NCBI GenBank assembly: GCA_964519805.1 | Contig: CAZFKN010000004.1 | Coordinates: 1 to 63,090 of the forward strand | DNA from: an uncultured Gemmatimonadaceae bacterium | Lineage (GTDB): Bacteria; Gemmatimonadota; Gemmatimonadetes; Gemmatimonadales; GWC2-71-9 | Reading direction: 5' to 3' | DNA: 63,090 nucleotides | In this document: piece after piece, positions 60,580-63,090 of the stretch | Layout: each line of letters begins with the position of its first letter | How positions within the stretch are numbered: the stretch's first letter is position 1 | Notes under the pieces: model-generated | Told to the model about the DNA's origin: nothing | The model's input: the letters and a program-made list of their open reading frames with translations, nothing else | Database searches by the model: none | Position numbers and translations under genes: made by a program

Positions 60580-60691
60580 GGGTCTCCCCAATCCGGGGAG
60601 GGTACGTCTGGGGGTTGTGGGGTCCGGCGAAGCGAGCCAATATATCTCTGAGGTTCCTGACGGCAACCCCTGCGACGAACTGAGGTTATTT

Positions 60692-61081
60692 ATGGATACA
60701 TTGAGTGTCGCCGAGGCGGCTGCGCTCCTCCATCTCAACCCGAAGCGAGTGCAGTTCCTCGCCCGCAGCGGCCGCCTGCCGGCCGCGCGACTGGGTCGCA
60801 AGTGGTTGTTTCCGCGGCATCAGCTCGAGGCCATGTTGGGGCCGGTCAGCGGCGCGCCGGCGGCACCGCCGGTGATCGATCTCAGCGCCCGCAACCAGCT
60901 GCGCGGCACCGTGGGGTCGGTCAGTCTCGACGGCCTGATGGCGGAGGTCGTCGTCGCGATCGGCGACCAGGAGCTCGTCTCGGTGATCACCAAGTCCGCC
61001 GCCGAGCGCCTCCATCTCCAGCCCGGCGACGAGGTCTACGCCGTGATCAAATCCACCGAAGTCATGATCGGGAGAGGATGA
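60692..61081 (+). CDS. HTH (MerR/excisionase-type) plus TOBE/Mop domain protein, probable molybdate-responsive regulator
   Basis: The N-terminus is LSVAEAAALLHLNPKRVQFLARSGRLPAARLGRKWLF. The C-terminal Mop-like part is SARNQLRGTV...VIKSTEVMI. The gene lies immediately upstream of modABC. Confidence 0.7.
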   Translation: MDTLSVAEAAALLHLNPKRVQFLARSGRLPAARLGRKWLFPRHQLEAMLGPVSGAPAAPPVIDLSARNQLRGTVGSVSLDGLMAEVVVAIGDQELVSVITKSAAERLHLQPGDEVYAVIKSTEVMIGRG

Positions 61082-61082
61082 C

Positions 61083-61919
61083 GTGTGCAGCTGGGGCAGT
61101 GCCGGTGCCTGGCTCCCTCGCGCCGCCGGAGCGGTTCTCCTGCTCCTGGCCGGCGCCGCGCCCCTCCGGGGGCAGTCGGACGTCCTCACCGTCCTTGCCG
61201 CGGCCTCCCTGACCGAAGCCTTCGGCGATATCGCCCGGCAGTTCGAGCAGGAGAACCCCGGCACCCGCGTCCGTTTCAACTACGGCGGGTCCCAGCAGCT
61301 GGTGCTGCAGATCGAGCAAGGCGCCAATGCCGACGTCTTCGCGTCGGCGGACGAGCGCTGGATGAAAGCCGTGACGGACAGCGGGTTCGCCGCCGGAGCG
61401 CCGGCCGTCTTCGCGCACAACCGGCTCGTCGTCATCGTCCCGGCGGCGAACCCCGGCCGCATCGATCGGCTTCAGGACCTGAGCCGTCGCGGGCTCAAGA
61501 TCGTCCTGGCCGCCGGCGCGGTTCCCGTGGGTCGGTATACCCGGCAGATGCTGGAGCAGCTGTCGGCCGCGCCGGGGTTCACGGCCGACTTTTCCGCGCG
61601 CGTGCTGGCCAACGTCGTCTCGCAGGAGGAGAACGTCAAAGCGGTCTCGACCAAGGTGCAGCTCGGCGAGGCGGACGCCGGGATCGTCTACCGCTCCGAC
61701 GTGACGCCGAGCGTGGCCCGTGTGACCCAAATGCTGGACATTCCGGACGAGTACAACGTCATCGCGACCTACCCGATTGTCGGTCTGCGGCAGAGCACCA
61801 ATCAGGAGGCCGCTCGGCGATTCGTCGCCTACGTGCTGGGCGCCGCCGGCCAGCGGGCGCTCGCGGCGCGGGGCTTCATTTCCGGCGAGCCGACCGGCAC
61901 CACCGCAGGGAAACGCTGA
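61083..61919 (+). CDS. modA: Molybdate ABC transporter substrate-binding protein
   Basis: The start codon is GTG. After a signal peptide come LTVLAAASLTEAF, FNYGGSQQL and GIVYRSDV, which are typical of ModA. Confidence 0.85.
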   Translation: MCSWGSAGAWLPRAAGAVLLLLAGAAPLRGQSDVLTVLAAASLTEAFGDIARQFEQENPGTRVRFNYGGSQQLVLQIEQGANADVFASADERWMKAVTDSGFAAGAPAVFAHNRLVVIVPAANPGRIDRLQDLSRRGLKIVLAAGAVPVGRYTRQMLEQLSAAPGFTADFSARVLANVVSQEENVKAVSTKVQLGEADAGIVYRSDVTPSVARVTQMLDIPDEYNVIATYPIVGLRQSTNQEAARRFVAYVLGAAGQRALAARGFISGEPTGTTAGKR

Positions 61920-61927
61920 GCCGCGTC

Positions 61928-62770
61928 ATGATTCCGCCGCGGTCGTTCCCGCGCCTTCAGACATGGGCCGGCCGCGCGGCGGTCGGAGCGGCGGTGGGTC
62001 TGCTGCTCTGTCTCTTCGTGCTCCCGTTGCTGGCCCTTCTGATCCGGGTCCCACCGCTCGACCTGTTTCGCCGTCTCGGTCAACCGGTCGTACTGGATGC
62101 CGTGCGTTTGAGCCTGCTCACCACGGCCTGCGCCACAGGCCTCGTGGTCGTGCTGGGCTTGCCCGTCGCCTACCTGCTGGCGATGCGCTCCTTTCCCGGC
62201 AAGCGCGTGCTCGAAGCCCTGGTGGATCTGCCCATGGTGCTTCCCCCGACGGTGGCGGGCGTGGGCCTGCTCCTCGCGTTCGGGCGGGCCGGGCTTGCCG
62301 GCCGGGCGCTCGCAGTCGCCGGCATTTCGCTGCCGTTTACGACCGCGGCGGTCGTGCTCGCCCAGACGTTCGTCGCCGCGCCGTTCTTCATCACCACGGC
62401 GGCGGCCGGCCTCCGGGAGGTGGAGCAGCGCTACCTCGATGCGGCAACCACTCTCCGGGCTGCGCCGGGGTTCGCCCTTCGGCATGTCCTCCTCCCGCTC
62501 AGCCTTCCCTCGCTGCTCGCCGGTGCCGCGATGACCTGGGCTCGAGCCCTCGGCGAGTTCGGGGCCACCATCACGTTCGCCGGGAACCTCCCCGGTCGCA
62601 CGCAGACCATGCCGCTGGCCGTGTACATCGCCCTTCAGACCGACCTGGACGCTTCAGTCACTCTGTCGGTCCTTCTCGTGCTCGTGTCCTTCAGCGTCCT
62701 CCTGCTCCTGCGGTGGGCGCCCGAGCGAGCCGCTCTGTTCCGCAGCCATGCTCCTGGCCGACGTCCGTAA
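61928..62770 (+). CDS. modB: Molybdate ABC transporter permease
   Basis: From the ATG at 61928. It contains an EAA-like loop (ARALGEFGATITFAGN). The first 281 codons of track ORF 61085..62770 are a shadow frame over modA. Confidence 0.85.
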   Translation: MIPPRSFPRLQTWAGRAAVGAAVGLLLCLFVLPLLALLIRVPPLDLFRRLGQPVVLDAVRLSLLTTACATGLVVVLGLPVAYLLAMRSFPGKRVLEALVDLPMVLPPTVAGVGLLLAFGRAGLAGRALAVAGISLPFTTAAVVLAQTFVAAPFFITTAAAGLREVEQRYLDAATTLRAAPGFALRHVLLPLSLPSLLAGAAMTWARALGEFGATITFAGNLPGRTQTMPLAVYIALQTDLDASVTLSVLLVLVSFSVLLLLRWAPERAALFRSHAPGRRP

Positions 62771-63090
62771 ACGCCTCCGGAGTTTCACCCTCGAGGCGAC
62801 CTTCGGGGTGCAGCGCGGCGAAACCCTGGTTCTCGTCGGGGAGAGCGGCGCGGGGAAGACCACGGTGCTGCGGCTGCTGGCAGGTCTCGCGAGCCCGGAC
62901 GCGGGCCGGATTCGCCTGGGGGACGAGACGTACTTCGACGCCGGCGCCGGTGTCGACCGGCCCGCGTGGGAGCGCGACCTGGCGTACCTGTCACAGGACT
63001 ACAGCCTGTTTCCCCATCTCTCCGCACTGGATAACGTCGCGTTCGGCCTGCGCGCCCAGGGGATGCGCGCGCGCCGCGCGCGATCGCGGG
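62748..63090 (+). CDS. modC: Molybdate ABC transporter ATP-binding protein, N-terminal fragment (runs off window)
   Basis: My translation from the ATG at 62748 is MLLADVRKRLRSFTLEATFGVQRGETLVLVGESGAGKTTVLRLLAGL... (Walker A). There is no stop before the window end, so the ORF is absent from the track. Confidence 0.8.
   Translation, partial: MLLADVRKRLRSFTLEATFGVQRGETLVLVGESGAGKTTVLRLLAGLASPDAGRIRLGDETYFDAGAGVDRPAWERDLAYLSQDYSLFPHLSALDNVAFGLRAQGMRARRARSR

Noticed and set aside
60648-60687. Direct repeat CTGAGGTT (60648-60655 and 60680-60687) upstream of the HTH-TOBE regulator, considered as a Mo-box operator
   Set aside because: The second copy simply contains the Shine-Dalgarno GAGG of the gene. 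There is no resemblance to the ModE TATAT-N7-TAYAT type site, and an 8-nt repeat could be chance.
61085-61927. 5' part of track ORF 61085..62770 that would fuse modA-region sequence to modB
   Set aside because: The first 281 codons are an Arg/Pro/Gly-rich off-frame read of modA. modB begins at the ATG at 61928.

Overview
A 63 kb, very GC-rich (about 70% by eye), densely coding chromosomal segment from a diderm bacterium. LptF/G, TolC, a porin and type IV pilus genes support the diderm call. A Gemmatimonadota- or Acidobacteriota-like origin is only my guess. I found no rRNA, tRNA, CRISPR array, transposase or integrase. Recognisable content, in order:
- a class-III aminotransferase 3' end and a frameshifted S41 peptidase
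- an XRE-cupin regulator with a GNAT acetyltransferase
- comEA-pilB-pilT-pilC
- an M28/glutaminyl-cyclase-like lipoprotein
- lptF/lptG-like permeases
- nadB-nadA-nadC
- an APC permease, ctaB and an ABC exporter
- an M24 peptidase
- a nine-gene co-directional string: ECF sigma, ZAS anti-sigma, DUF92, lipoprotein, FAD oxidoreductase, flavin reductase, methyltransferase, aromatase/cyclase-like SRPBCC, and a FabF-like ketosynthase
- STAS, receiver and ccmABCD
- acs, and kup with dsbA
- OsmC and a PgsA-like transferase
- a TPR / ABC / permease / fused-M16 operon
- TetR with TolC-EmrA-EmrB
- a sensor kinase with a sigma-54 activator
- pqqABCDE translationally coupled to an ABC-2 exporter
- pruA, a porin, and modE-like/modABC

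Most worth a second look:
1. Five of the eight convergent gene junctions are built from mirrored, 7-nt-phased repeat arrays. These supply the stop codons and even the C-terminal residues of the flanking genes.
2. A compact ketosynthase/cyclase/methyltransferase/two-component-flavoenzyme cluster has no ACP or CLF and sits behind an RsrA-type redox-sensing anti-sigma factor.
3. The pqq operon has an untracked pqqA, a candidate sigma-54 promoter and a coupled ABC-2 exporter.

Many long ORFs in the six-frame track are off-frame or antisense shadows typical of high-GC DNA; these are rejected.
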